From: an uncultured Bacteroides sp.
Lineage (GTDB): Bacteria; Bacteroidota; Bacteroidia; Bacteroidales; Bacteroidaceae
Direction of reading: 5' to 3'
DNA: 64,000 nt
NCBI GenBank assembly: GCA_900552075.1
Contig: URYL01000011.1
Span: forward strand, 22,664 to 86,663
Part shown: piece by piece, positions 18,570 to 28,547 of the stretch
Position numbering within the stretch: position 1 is the first letter of the stretch
How the letters are laid out: each line of letters begins with the position of its first letter
Translations under genes and position numbers: made by a program
The notes under the pieces: model-generated
What the model was told of the DNA's origin: nothing
What the model saw: only the letters and a program-made list of their open reading frames with translations
Database searches by the model: none

Positions 18570-19448
18570 TCAATATATTGCCTTTTTCCCGGCCAGCAGC
18601 GTATTCTTCATCAAAGAAACAATGGTCATCGGTCCTACTCCACCGGGCACCGGCGTGATGTAAGAACACTTGGGAGCCACTTCGTCAAACTTCACATCTC
18701 CGGTAAGCTTGAAACCTGATTTCTTGGATGCATCGGGCACACGGGTAGTCCCCACATCGATTACGACTGCTCCTTCTTTCACCATATCGGCTTTTACAAA
18801 GTTAGGCTGCCCCATCGCGGCAATCAGGATATCGGCTTCCTGACATTCCTTTACCAGATCCTTGCTCCGGCTATGACACACCGTGACAGTAGCATCGCCC
18901 GGCACGGCCTTCTGCATCATCAGCATAGCCATCGGTTTTCCCACAATATTGCTCCGGCCCAAAATGACGCATTTCTTTCCGCACGTATCAATCTGGTAAC
19001 GCCGCAAGAGCTCCATAATACCATTCGGAGTGGCTGAGATATAACAAGGAAGGCCGATGGACAAACGTCCTACATTAATAGGATGGAAGCCGTCGACATC
19101 CTTCCGGTAATCAATGGTCTCAATCACTTTCTGCTCTGAGATATGGGAAGGCAACGGAAGCTGCACGATGAAACCATCTACATCGGCATCGGCATTCAAT
19201 TCACGCACCTTGGCCAGAAGTTCTTCTTCCGTCACATCCGATTCGTAACGAATCAAAGTGGACTTGAAGCCGCACACTTCGCATGCTTTCACCTTTGCCG
19301 CCACATACGTCTCACTGCCCCCATCGTGCCCCACCAGAATGGCAGCCAGATGAGGACGCTTTCCTCCTTTCGCCACAATATCGGCCACTTCGGCAGCGAT
19401 TTCCTTTTTCACTTGTTCAGAAACTGCTTTTCCGTCGATTAATGTCAT
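18570..19448 (-). CDS. folD: Methylenetetrahydrofolate dehydrogenase/cyclohydrolase
   Basis: [38 protein letters not shown]. Confidence 0.97.
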   Translation of the reverse strand: MTLIDGKAVSEQVKKEIAAEVADIVAKGGKRPHLAAILVGHDGGSETYVAAKVKACEVCGFKSTLIRYESDVTEEELLAKVRELNADADVDGFIVQLPLPSHISEQKVIETIDYRKDVDGFHPINVGRLSIGLPCYISATPNGIMELLRRYQIDTCGKKCVILGRSNIVGKPMAMLMMQKAVPGDATVTVCHSRSKDLVKECQEADILIAAMGQPNFVKADMVKEGAVVIDVGTTRVPDASKKSGFKLTGDVKFDEVAPKCSYITPVPGGVGPMTIVSLMKNTLLAGKKAIY

Positions 19449-19614
19449 AAATACTCCTTTCTAATTTTATGATTCATACAAATGTAGGAAATTTAAAACA
19501 AAGACCTGCTTATTTTTCGGTTTTTATAGCAATTATTACAGCAATAGAATAAATCTTCCGGCAACAGAAAGTTAGTCGACAAAAAAATATTAACTTTGTC
19601 CCGTTATTTAAATT

Positions 19615-20808
19615 ATGCAGAGGAGAAAATTCGACATACTGTTCATTACCATAAGCCTGTGGCTGGCTTTCAGCCTATTTTCCCAAACACACGCTGCCGA
19701 AACTCACTTTACCGTCGTGATTGATGCCGGACACGGAGGACATGACCCTGGAGCCGTCGGCAAAAGAGGAAAAGAAAAAAACATCAATCTGAGCGTAGCA
19801 CTCAAATTAGGAAAACTAATCAGGCAAAATTGTCCAGACACACGTGTGGTCTATACCCGTGAAAGAGATGTCTTCGTCCCGCTGCACAGAAGGGCTGAAA
19901 TAGCCAACGACGCCAAGGCAAATCTTTTCATTTCCATTCATACCAATTCAGTAGCATCCAGAAGCAGAAGTGTCAGCGGAACTGAAACCTATACCCTCGG
20001 ATTACACCGCACACAAGAAAATCTGGAAGTGGCCAAGAAAGAGAATGCTGTGATTCTCATAGAAGATGACTATAAGCAACGGTATGCAGGATTCAATCCG
20101 AATTCATCGGAAAGCTATATTATCTTTGAATTTCTGCAAGACAAGAACATGGCCCAGAGCGTCAGCTTTGCCACGTCTGTACAAAAATGTTTCCGGAATG
20201 CCAACCGGACAGATAAAGGGGTGCACCAGGCCGGATTCCTGGTGCTGCGTGCCACTTCCATGCCCAGCGTACTGATTGAGCTGGGATACATCACCAACCC
20301 GACTGAAGAAGCATTCCTCATGTCAGAACAGGGAAGTGCCACCCTGGCAAAAAGTATCTACCGCGCATTTTTGAATTACAAGGGAGGCAAGGTGTCATCC
20401 ACGCAACTGGCAGCTGAAGCAAACAGTTTGCCAATGCCCGCGGAAGAAGACACGGCCTCGGAACCGCAACCTCAGAGACCGACTCCCCGCAAACAGACTA
20501 CAGCCGGACAAAGCGCAGCCTCAACCAACGTATCAAGAAAACCGGTATTCAAAATACAGATATTGACTTCCGGTCGCAAACTGCCCTCCAAAAGCAGACA
20601 GTTCAAAGGGCTTACTCCCGTAGACAGCTACGAAGAGAACGGAATCATCAAATATACTTACGGAGCTGACACAGACTACAACAAGATTCTCCGACTCAAA
20701 CGCAACAAGGTGGACAGCAAATTCAAGGATGCTTTCATCATCGCGTTCAAAGACGGACAGAAAATGAACATCAACCAAGCCATACGAGAATTTAAAAGGA
20801 ACAGATAA
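19615..20808 (+). CDS. N-acetylmuramoyl-L-alanine amidase (Amidase_3)
   Basis: VVIDAGHGGHDPGA, EK, FISIHTNS, PSVLIELGYITN; signal peptide. Confidence 0.93.
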   Translation: MQRRKFDILFITISLWLAFSLFSQTHAAETHFTVVIDAGHGGHDPGAVGKRGKEKNINLSVALKLGKLIRQNCPDTRVVYTRERDVFVPLHRRAEIANDAKANLFISIHTNSVASRSRSVSGTETYTLGLHRTQENLEVAKKENAVILIEDDYKQRYAGFNPNSSESYIIFEFLQDKNMAQSVSFATSVQKCFRNANRTDKGVHQAGFLVLRATSMPSVLIELGYITNPTEEAFLMSEQGSATLAKSIYRAFLNYKGGKVSSTQLAAEANSLPMPAEEDTASEPQPQRPTPRKQTTAGQSAASTNVSRKPVFKIQILTSGRKLPSKSRQFKGLTPVDSYEENGIIKYTYGADTDYNKILRLKRNKVDSKFKDAFIIAFKDGQKMNINQAIREFKRNR

Positions 20809-20829
20809 TAAAAAAGTAAAATAAACAAT

Positions 20830-21717
20830 ATGAAGAAAGAAGTAAAAATCGGGTTAGCTGGAATCGGTGCATTGTTGATTCTCTTTTTCGGCATCAACTA
20901 CCTGAAAGGAATCAGCATGTTCAAACCGGAAAGCTACTATTATGTGGATTTTACCGATGTAAACGGACTAGCCCTGTCGAGTCCGGTGTTTGCCAATGGT
21001 TTCAAAATAGGTATCGTACGCGACCTTCAATACAATTACCAGAAACCGGGACATGTGGTGGTAGGTATTGAAGTAGATCAAGACATGCGCATCCCGGCTG
21101 GCAGCAAAGCAGAACTGGTGACCGAGATGCTGGGAACCGTCAAGATGAACATGCTGCTCAAACATGAATCGACTACTTTTCTGACCCCTGGAGATACGAT
21201 TGAAGGCTCAGCCAATTCGGGCATTCTGGGCAAGGCTGAACAGGAATTGCTGCCGAAGGTGGAACAGATGATGCCTAAACTGGATTCCATTCTGGGCTCA
21301 TTGAACCAGCTGTTGGCCGACCCTGCCTTAAAAAACACTTTGCACAATGCGGAAAAACTGACGGCCTCGCTCAATGCGACCAGCACGCAGCTGCACAGCT
21401 TGATGAGCAAGGACATCCCGCAGCTGACAAGCAATGTCACCACCATCACGGAAAACCTGAAAGGAATCAGTGAGAACCTGAAAGGGATTGACTACGCATC
21501 GACCTTCCAGAAAGTGGATTCCACTCTCCAGAATGTACACATGCTGACCGAAAGACTGAGCAGCAAGGACAACTCCATCGGACTTCTCCTGAACGACGAT
21601 GCTTTATACCAAAACCTGAATGCAACCTCGGCCAACGCAGCCTCTCTGCTGAAAGACTTGCAGGAGCACCCGAAGCGCTATGTACATTTCTCCTTGTTCG
21701 GAAAGAAAGACAAATAA
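20830..21717 (+). CDS. MlaD/MCE family protein
   Basis: N-terminal TM, F-DVNGL-SSPV-ANGFKIG-V MCE motif, helical C-terminus ending HPKRYVHFSLFG. Confidence 0.88.
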   Translation: MKKEVKIGLAGIGALLILFFGINYLKGISMFKPESYYYVDFTDVNGLALSSPVFANGFKIGIVRDLQYNYQKPGHVVVGIEVDQDMRIPAGSKAELVTEMLGTVKMNMLLKHESTTFLTPGDTIEGSANSGILGKAEQELLPKVEQMMPKLDSILGSLNQLLADPALKNTLHNAEKLTASLNATSTQLHSLMSKDIPQLTSNVTTITENLKGISENLKGIDYASTFQKVDSTLQNVHMLTERLSSKDNSIGLLLNDDALYQNLNATSANAASLLKDLQEHPKRYVHFSLFGKKDK

Positions 21718-21741
21718 GGCCGTCTCACTCATACCCCATAC

Positions 21742-21782
21742 AAGGCAGGAAATCCTCAACTCGCAAAGCGACTTCCTGCCTT
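21742..21782 (+). terminator. Hairpin downstream of the MlaD gene
   Basis: AAGGCAGGAA / TTCCTGCCTT. Confidence 0.6.
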
Positions 21783-21929
21783 CTTATGAGCATAGCCACA
21801 ATAGTCCATTTGCAAAGAAACACCAGCCTTACTATATAGAAGTAATCTAAATAACAAAGAATAATGAACTAAGAAGAAGAAAGAATCTCAAATACATGAT
21901 TTTCAAAGATAAACCATATCAGAAAGAGG

Positions 21930-22065
21930 GGATTTTCACAAGGGCAGAAAGATACTAACAAGTTGATAAGCAAGACATTGTAAATCCACAAGAGATTTCT
22001 TCCGAGTAAGAAATTTAACAAACACATAACTTCTTATTTATCAACAACTTAATTTATCAAAATAA
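21930..22065. promoter_or_regulatory. Cluster of degenerate DnaA boxes upstream of dnaA
   Basis: ATTTTCACA (21932), TTATCAACT (minus strand, 21961), AAATCCACA (21982), TTATCAACA (22038), TTATCAAAA (22054); each has 1-2 mismatches to TTWTNCACA. Confidence 0.45.
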
Positions 22066-22154
22066 AAAGCAAAGAAAAAGGCATTTGTTTTTCTGAAATT
22101 TCATTACGAAATTTGCAAGCGTAGAAGTTTCGCTTTATTAATAACAACGCACGT

Positions 22155-23570
22155 ATGATTGAACATAACCAAGCCGTTGCATTGTGGAACCGGTGTCTGA
22201 CATTCATTAAGGACAACGTAAATGCTACGGCTTTCAAAACATGGTTTGAGCCTATCGTACCTTTAAAATATGAGGATACAGAAAAGGCATTGACAATCGG
22301 CGTCCCCAGTCCTTTCTTCTATGAATATCTGGAAGAAAAGTATGTGGGGCTGCTGCGCGCCGCCATCTATAAGGAGATAGGTGAAGGCACGGAGTTGATG
22401 TACTCTATCCTGACCGATAAGACCAACCATATCACTGTCAATATAGAAGGAACCAAACGCTCTTCTGCATTGCCGGAACAGGCTCCTGTATACAATGGGA
22501 ATAAGGCGCCCAATCCTTTGCAAGCTCCGGCCCCGCAGGATTTGGACCCACACCTGAACCCGAACTATAACTTTGAGAACTTCATTAAAGGAAACAGCAA
22601 TGAATTCTCCAGAACTGTAGCAGAAACTGTGGCTCAAAATCCGGCACGCACTTTCAACCCCTTGTTCATCTATGGTCCGTCGGGAGTGGGGAAAACCCAC
22701 CTCATCAACGCCATCGGTACAAGAATCAAGGAATTATATCCGGAGAAACGTGTGCTGTATGTATCCGCTCATCTTTTTCAGGTGCAATATACAGACTCTG
22801 TGCGAACCAACCACTTCAATGATTTCATTAGCTTCTACCAAACGATTGACGTGCTGATCATTGATGATATACAGGAATTTGCAGGGGTAACCAAAACGCA
22901 GAATACATTCTTCCATATTTTCAACCACCTTCACCAGAACGGGAAACAGCTGATTCTGACTTCCGACCGCGCACCTGTCATGCTACAGGGAATGGAAGAC
23001 CGCTTGCTCACCCGTTTCAAATGGGGATTGGTGGCCGAACTGGAAAAACCGGACATTGAACTCCGGAAAAACATCCTACGCAACAAGATTAAACGTGATG
23101 GTCTGGTCATTCCGGAATCGGTCATCAGCTACATTGCAGAAAGCGTGAACGAAAGCGTGCGTGAGTTGGAAGGTATTGTCAACTCCTTGCTGGCACAGTC
23201 TATCCTGTTCAAACGCGAAATTGATCTCGACCTGGCACAACACATCGTAAGAAAGGCGGTGAAGTGCGCAGAAAGCAAACCGATGACGGTGAGCGATATC
23301 ATTACAAAAGTATGCGAACATTACAAGATAGATGAGACGGCCATTCACACCAAGACCCGCAAACGGGAAGTAGTGCAAGTGAGACAGGTGGCCATGTATC
23401 TGGCAAAGAAACATACAGATACCTCTTCATCCAAGATTGGTCAGCTGATTGGAAATAAAGACCATGCCACGGTGTTGCACGCCTGCAAAATTGTAAAAGA
23501 CCAGGTGGACGTGGATAAATCATTTAAGGCAGAAATCGAAGAAATAGAAATGAGTCTTCGGATGAGATAA
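22155..23570 (+). CDS. dnaA: Chromosomal replication initiator protein
   Basis: [17 protein letters not shown]alker [29 protein letters not shown]. Confidence 0.98.
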   Translation: MIEHNQAVALWNRCLTFIKDNVNATAFKTWFEPIVPLKYEDTEKALTIGVPSPFFYEYLEEKYVGLLRAAIYKEIGEGTELMYSILTDKTNHITVNIEGTKRSSALPEQAPVYNGNKAPNPLQAPAPQDLDPHLNPNYNFENFIKGNSNEFSRTVAETVAQNPARTFNPLFIYGPSGVGKTHLINAIGTRIKELYPEKRVLYVSAHLFQVQYTDSVRTNHFNDFISFYQTIDVLIIDDIQEFAGVTKTQNTFFHIFNHLHQNGKQLILTSDRAPVMLQGMEDRLLTRFKWGLVAELEKPDIELRKNILRNKIKRDGLVIPESVISYIAESVNESVRELEGIVNSLLAQSILFKREIDLDLAQHIVRKAVKCAESKPMTVSDIITKVCEHYKIDETAIHTKTRKREVVQVRQVAMYLAKKHTDTSSSKIGQLIGNKDHATVLHACKIVKDQVDVDKSFKAEIEEIEMSLRMR

Positions 23571-23609
23571 AAAAACAGGTGGCTTCAAAATCAAGTCACC
23601 TGTTTTTTT
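23571..23609. terminator. Bidirectional terminator between dnaA and the nitroreductase gene
   Basis: AAAAACAGGTGGCTT / AAGTCACCTGTTTTT. Confidence 0.8.
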
Positions 23610-23622
23610 ATCCCAGATTTCA

Positions 23623-24363
23623 TCAATCATCAAAACCTTGCCGTTTCAGCACTTTCTTTAAGCCTTCCGACATATATTCATTATCGGATTTCTTGTAACG
23701 GATGTCCGTAAAAATCTGGGCTAGTGTCTCGGTGTGATTAATCTCCACAAAATGTTTGTTCTCCGGCAAGCTTTCCTTATATGAATAGATATTGTCAATT
23801 TCCAAGGGAGTATAGTCATGATACTGCTCTTCATGGATAATACCCTGGATTGGCAAGCGGTCCGGCTGCGCAGGACATTCATCGGGATAACCCACCGTAA
23901 TAGTGGCTACAGGTACCACAAGCTTCGGAAGCTTTAACAAATCAATAATCTGGTCGGGATTATAAATAGTCGTTCCCAAATAGCAAATGCCCAGCCCTTT
24001 TTCTTCGGCTAACGTACAGAAATTCTGTGTAACCAGCAAGGCATCACTCGCTGCATTCAGGAAAGAAATCAGATTATTATACCCCGGTACGGCCTTCCGC
24101 TGTTCACACCACTTGCTGAACCGGTTAAAATCGGCACAAAAAGTAAGTACGACCGGGGCCGAAGTCACCATCGGCTGGTTAAAATGGGCAGGTGCCAAAC
24201 GCTCCTTCATTTTTGCATCGCGGGTCACTACCACACTATACAATTGCATATTTCCCATGGTGGAAGCCCGAAATGCTTCCTCCAATAACTCATTCAGCAA
24301 TTCAGCAGGAATGTCCTCCTGTTTATACTTACGAATGGTTCGTCTGTTCTTTATCGATTCCAT
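23623..24363 (-). CDS. Nitroreductase / NADPH-flavin oxidoreductase (NfsA-like)
   Basis: RRTIRKY, ASTMGNMQLYSVV, FCADFNR, GLGICYLG, VGYPDE...RLP. Confidence 0.88.
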   Translation of the reverse strand: MESIKNRRTIRKYKQEDIPAELLNELLEEAFRASTMGNMQLYSVVVTRDAKMKERLAPAHFNQPMVTSAPVVLTFCADFNRFSKWCEQRKAVPGYNNLISFLNAASDALLVTQNFCTLAEEKGLGICYLGTTIYNPDQIIDLLKLPKLVVPVATITVGYPDECPAQPDRLPIQGIIHEEQYHDYTPLEIDNIYSYKESLPENKHFVEINHTETLAQIFTDIRYKKSDNEYMSEGLKKVLKRQGFDD

Positions 24364-24697
24364 AATATATCGGCTTTATAGATTATCTACAAAGATAGGA
24401 AGAATCGGTGAAAATCCCTACTCTAATAAGGTATAAAAGAAATGAGCCATAAAACAAAAAGTTTTCCAAAATGGAAAACTTTTCAATACATAAAATAGCA
24501 CAATAATCTAGTTATCAGTTATATATTTTTCAAAAGCAGAAAACTATTCATATTGTTAATAACTTCTTTCTTTTTTATTTTGCGAATTAAAAAAACATCT
24601 TTAGCTTTGCAGCAGTTTGTTAGAAATAAAACGACCTTCTACATTTTGCGACTTACTATTTTTTATTGAAAACAAACTTATTCATATACAAATAACC

Positions 24698-27241
24698 GTG
24701 GAAAAGAAAACGTACAGCTACGATGAAGCCTACAACGCTTCGTTGGAGTATTTCAAAGGAGACGAACTGGCAGCCCGTGTTTGGGTAAACAAATACGCTG
24801 TGAAAGACTCATTTGGAAACATCTATGAAAAATCCCCAGAGGATATGCATTGGCGAATAGCCAATGAGGTGGCCCGTATCGAGGCGAAATATCCTAATGC
24901 ACTCAGTTCTCAGGAGCTTTTCGATTTACTTGACCATTTCAAGTATATCGTACCTCAAGGTAGTCCGATGACAGGTATTGGCAATGATTACCAGATTGCC
25001 TCACTGTCCAACTGTTTCGTAATCGGACTTGACGGAAATGCGGATTCATACGGAGCCATCATCCGTATTGATGAAGAACAGGTCCAGTTGATGAAACGTC
25101 GAGGCGGTGTAGGACATGACTTGTCACACATTCGCCCGAAAGGTTCTCCTGTAAAAAACTCAGCACTGACTTCTACCGGACTCGTTCCTTTCATGGAGCG
25201 TTACTCCAACTCAACGCGCGAGGTGGCTCAAGACGGACGAAGAGGAGCCTTGATGTTGAGCGTATCCATCAAGCATCCTGATTCAGAAGCATTCATTGAT
25301 GCCAAGATGACCGAAGGAAAGGTGACTGGAGCCAACGTCTCTGTCAAACTGGACGACGCTTTCATGGAGGCCGCAGTAGAAGGAAAGCCTTATACACAGC
25401 AGTACCCGATTGATTCGCCCAATCCGATGGTTTCCAAAGAAATCGATGCTTCGACTTTGTGGAAAAAGATTGTACACAATGCATGGAAATCGGCAGAACC
25501 GGGTGTATTGTTCTGGGACACGATTATCCGTGAATCCGTACCCGACTGCTATGCCGACTTAGGTTTCCGTACGGTTTCTACGAACCCGTGTGGAGAAATT
25601 CCTTTGTGCCCATACGATTCCTGCCGTCTGCTGGCCATCAACCTGTATTCATACGTGGTCAATCCGTTTACCCCGGAAGCCTATTTTGATTTCGACCTGT
25701 TCAAGAAACATGTGGCACTGGCACAGCGCATCATGGACGACATTATCGACCTGGAACTGGAAAAAATTGAACGCATCTTTGAAAAGATAGATTCTGACCC
25801 TGAAAGCATGGAAGTGAAAGGAACAGAACGCCACTTGTGGGAAAAGATTTATCACAAGTCCGGTCTGGGACGCCGTACAGGTGTAGGTATCACGGCAGAA
25901 GGCGATATGCTGGCAGCCATGGGTCTGCGTTATGGTACGGAAGAGGCCACTGAGTTCTCTGAAAAAGTACACAAGACCATCGCCCTTGAAGCTTATCGGT
26001 CATCTGTCAACATGGCCAAGGAACGTGGTGCGTTCGAAATCTACGACGCAGAACGTGAAAAAAACAATCCGTTCATCAACCGCCTGAAAGAGGCCGACCC
26101 TGAATTGTACGAAGAAATGAAGAAGTATGGCCGACGGAACATCGCCTGCCTGACAATTGCTCCGACAGGAACCACCAGCCTGATGACCCAGACTACCTCT
26201 GGTATTGAACCGGTGTTCATGCCTGTGTACAAACGTCGTCGTAAAGTAAACCCGAACGACTCTAACGTACATGTAGACTTCGTAGACGAGACTGGAGACG
26301 CATTTGAAGAATACATCGTGTTCCATCACAAGTTCCTTACTTGGATGAAGATTAACGGTTACGACCCTGACAAGCGTTACACACAGGAAGAAATTGACGA
26401 ACTGGTAGCTAAATCACCGTATTATAAAGCCACTTCCAACGATGTAGACTGGCTGATGAAGGTGAAGATGCAAGGACGCATCCAAAAATGGGTAGACCAC
26501 TCCATCAGTGTGACCATCAATCTGCCAAACAACGTAAGCGAAGACCTTGTGAACCAGCTGTACGTAGAAGCATGGCGCTCAGGTTGCAAAGGTTGTACCG
26601 TATATCGCGACGGTTCACGTGCCGGTGTGCTGCTTTCAACCAAAAAGAAAGACAAGAAAGAAGAGGAAGAATGCCGTTGCAAACCGCCTCAGGTAGTGGA
26701 GGTACGTCCGAAAGTGCTGGAAGCCGATGTGGTACGTTTCCAGAACAACAAGGAAAAATGGGTGGCTTTCGTCGGCCTGCTCGATGGAAGACCTTACGAA
26801 ATCTTCACCGGTCTGCAAGATGACGAGGAAGGCATCGTATTACCGAAGTCTGTGACTTCCGGACGTATCATCAAGAGTTACGATGAAGACGGTACCAAGC
26901 ACTACGACTTCCAGTTCGAGAACAAACGCGGTTACAAGATGACCATCGAAGGACTTTCTGAAAAGTTCAACAAGGAATACTGGAACTATGCCAAGCTGAT
27001 TTCAGGAGTGCTCCGCTGGAGAATGCCGATTGAACAGGTCATCAAACTGGTGGGTTCACTGCAACTTGACAGTGAAAACATCAACACCTGGAAGAACGGT
27101 GTGGAAAGAGCCTTGAAGAAATACGTACAAGACGGTACGGAAGCCAAAGGTGTGAAATGTCCGAACTGCGGCCACGAAACCCTGGTATATCAGGAAGGCT
27201 GTCTGATCTGCAAGACCTGCGGTTCTTCACGCTGCGGATAA
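24698..27241 (+). CDS. nrdJ: Adenosylcobalamin-dependent (class II) ribonucleoside-diphosphate reductase
   Basis: SLSNCFV, RRGALM, TNPCGEI, TIAPTGT, DHSISVT-NLP, GCKGCTVYRDGSR, C-terminal Zn ribbon; no nrdB nearby. GTG start inferred. Confidence 0.9.
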   Translation: MEKKTYSYDEAYNASLEYFKGDELAARVWVNKYAVKDSFGNIYEKSPEDMHWRIANEVARIEAKYPNALSSQELFDLLDHFKYIVPQGSPMTGIGNDYQIASLSNCFVIGLDGNADSYGAIIRIDEEQVQLMKRRGGVGHDLSHIRPKGSPVKNSALTSTGLVPFMERYSNSTREVAQDGRRGALMLSVSIKHPDSEAFIDAKMTEGKVTGANVSVKLDDAFMEAAVEGKPYTQQYPIDSPNPMVSKEIDASTLWKKIVHNAWKSAEPGVLFWDTIIRESVPDCYADLGFRTVSTNPCGEIPLCPYDSCRLLAINLYSYVVNPFTPEAYFDFDLFKKHVALAQRIMDDIIDLELEKIERIFEKIDSDPESMEVKGTERHLWEKIYHKSGLGRRTGVGITAEGDMLAAMGLRYGTEEATEFSEKVHKTIALEAYRSSVNMAKERGAFEIYDAEREKNNPFINRLKEADPELYEEMKKYGRRNIACLTIAPTGTTSLMTQTTSGIEPVFMPVYKRRRKVNPNDSNVHVDFVDETGDAFEEYIVFHHKFLTWMKINGYDPDKRYTQEEIDELVAKSPYYKATSNDVDWLMKVKMQGRIQKWVDHSISVTINLPNNVSEDLVNQLYVEAWRSGCKGCTVYRDGSRAGVLLSTKKKDKKEEEECRCKPPQVVEVRPKVLEADVVRFQNNKEKWVAFVGLLDGRPYEIFTGLQDDEEGIVLPKSVTSGRIIKSYDEDGTKHYDFQFENKRGYKMTIEGLSEKFNKEYWNYAKLISGVLRWRMPIEQVIKLVGSLQLDSENINTWKNGVERALKKYVQDGTEAKGVKCPNCGHETLVYQEGCLICKTCGSSRCG

Positions 27242-27278
27242 ATCAAGGCATACGAGTGACCTTAGTCCATTATTATTC

Positions 27279-27324
27279 AGGCATGAATCAGGCGAAAACA
27301 CACAACGGCGTCTGGTTCATGCCT
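27279..27324 (+). terminator. Hairpin between nrdJ and folB
   Basis: AGGCATGAATCAGGCG / CGTCTGGTTCATGCCT (two G-U pairs) followed by a pyrimidine tract. Confidence 0.55.
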
Positions 27325-27345
27325 CTCTCTTATATTCCCTTCCCT

Positions 27346-27717
27346 ATGAAACAATCGGACATGTACATTTGCCTGAACGGGCTGAAACTATATGCGTTCC
27401 ACGGTGTGCTGCCACAGGAAAACAAAATCGGTGCCGAGTACACCCTCAACCTGCGGTTGAAAACGGACTTCAGCCGCGCGTCGCAAACAGACGACCTGAA
27501 TTATACCCTCAATTATGCAGAGGTATTTCAGGCAGTGAAAGAAGAGATGCAGGTACCTTCCCGCCTACTGGAACACGTCGTACAGCGCATTGCCGAACGG
27601 TTGTTCCGGGACTTTCCTACTCTTACGGAAGTCAAAATTGCCCTGTTCAAACAGAATCCTCCCATGGGAGCAGACTGCAAGGAAACCGGAGTGGAATCAA
27701 CTTATACCAAAAACTAA
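27346..27717 (+). CDS. folB: Dihydroneopterin aldolase
   Basis: LYAFHGVLPQE, TDDLNYTLNY, LLEH, K-NPP. Start at MKQSD inferred. Confidence 0.92.
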   Translation: MKQSDMYICLNGLKLYAFHGVLPQENKIGAEYTLNLRLKTDFSRASQTDDLNYTLNYAEVFQAVKEEMQVPSRLLEHVVQRIAERLFRDFPTLTEVKIALFKQNPPMGADCKETGVESTYTKN

Positions 27718-27723
27718 CGCAAT

Positions 27724-28386
27724 ATGAAGAAACTTGTGATTTTTGACTTGGACGGAACTTTACTAAACACGATTGCCGACCTGGCTGCGGCCACCAATTA
27801 TGCCCTGACCCAGTTCGGATATCCTACCCATCCGACCGATGCCTATCGCTTCTTTGTAGGCAACGGCATCAACAAACTCTTTGAACGGGCACTTCCAGAG
27901 ACAGACAGAACTCCGGAAAACGTCTTGCGCATCCGGTCGAAGTTTGTCCCCTACTACAACATCCACAATGCGGATTTAAGCTGTCCCTATTCCGGCATCA
28001 AGCAACTGCTCAATCAGCTGCAACAGCATCATCTCCAGCTTGCCGTAGCCTCCAACAAATATCAGGAAGCCACTGCCAAACTCATCGGACAATATTTCCC
28101 TGATATCCATTTCACGGCTGTTTTCGGACAACGGGACAACGTGCCTACCAAGCCCGACCCTCAGGTGGTGAATGAAATCATACAAATGGCTGGGGTAAGC
28201 AAAGAAGAAGTAGTCTATATCGGTGATTCCGGAGTCGACATGCAGACGGGACTCAATGCAGGTGTCACCACCATCGGAGCATGCTGGGGCTTCCGGCCGA
28301 AAAGTGAATTACAGGAATTTCATCCGGATTTACTGGCTGAAAAGCCCGAAGATATCAGCCGCTTCCTGCAATTATCCAGTATTTAG
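27724..28386 (+). CDS. HAD family hydrolase (phosphoglycolate phosphatase-like)
   Basis: IFDLDGTL, ASNK, KPDP, YIGDSGVDM. Confidence 0.9.
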   Translation: MKKLVIFDLDGTLLNTIADLAAATNYALTQFGYPTHPTDAYRFFVGNGINKLFERALPETDRTPENVLRIRSKFVPYYNIHNADLSCPYSGIKQLLNQLQQHHLQLAVASNKYQEATAKLIGQYFPDIHFTAVFGQRDNVPTKPDPQVVNEIIQMAGVSKEEVVYIGDSGVDMQTGLNAGVTTIGACWGFRPKSELQEFHPDLLAEKPEDISRFLQLSSI

Positions 28387-28427
28387 CATTACACTCCGCT
28401 CATTCACAGTAATTTATAAGCATTCCA

Positions 28428-28532
28428 AAAACGCCTTTACGTTTTACACCAAACGCCCTTACGTTTCAATCAAAACGCAAAGGCGTTTTGTTCCAAACAC
28501 AAGGACGTTTCAGATAAACGCTTAAGCGTTTT
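28428..28532. repeat. Tandem array of five ~22-bp AAAACG-N6-CGTTTT palindromic units (same family as 3073-3204)
   Basis: Units at 28428, 28450, 28472, 28494 and 28515. The first, AAAACGCCTTTACGTTTT, is identical to the unit at 3117. Confidence 0.9.
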
Positions 28533-28547
28533 TTTGAAAGAGAAAAA

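Noticed and set aside
24364..24697. Cobalamin riboswitch or NrdR box upstream of nrdJ
   Set aside because: The region is AT-rich with no B12-box, and I found no convincing tandem NrdR-box match by eye.
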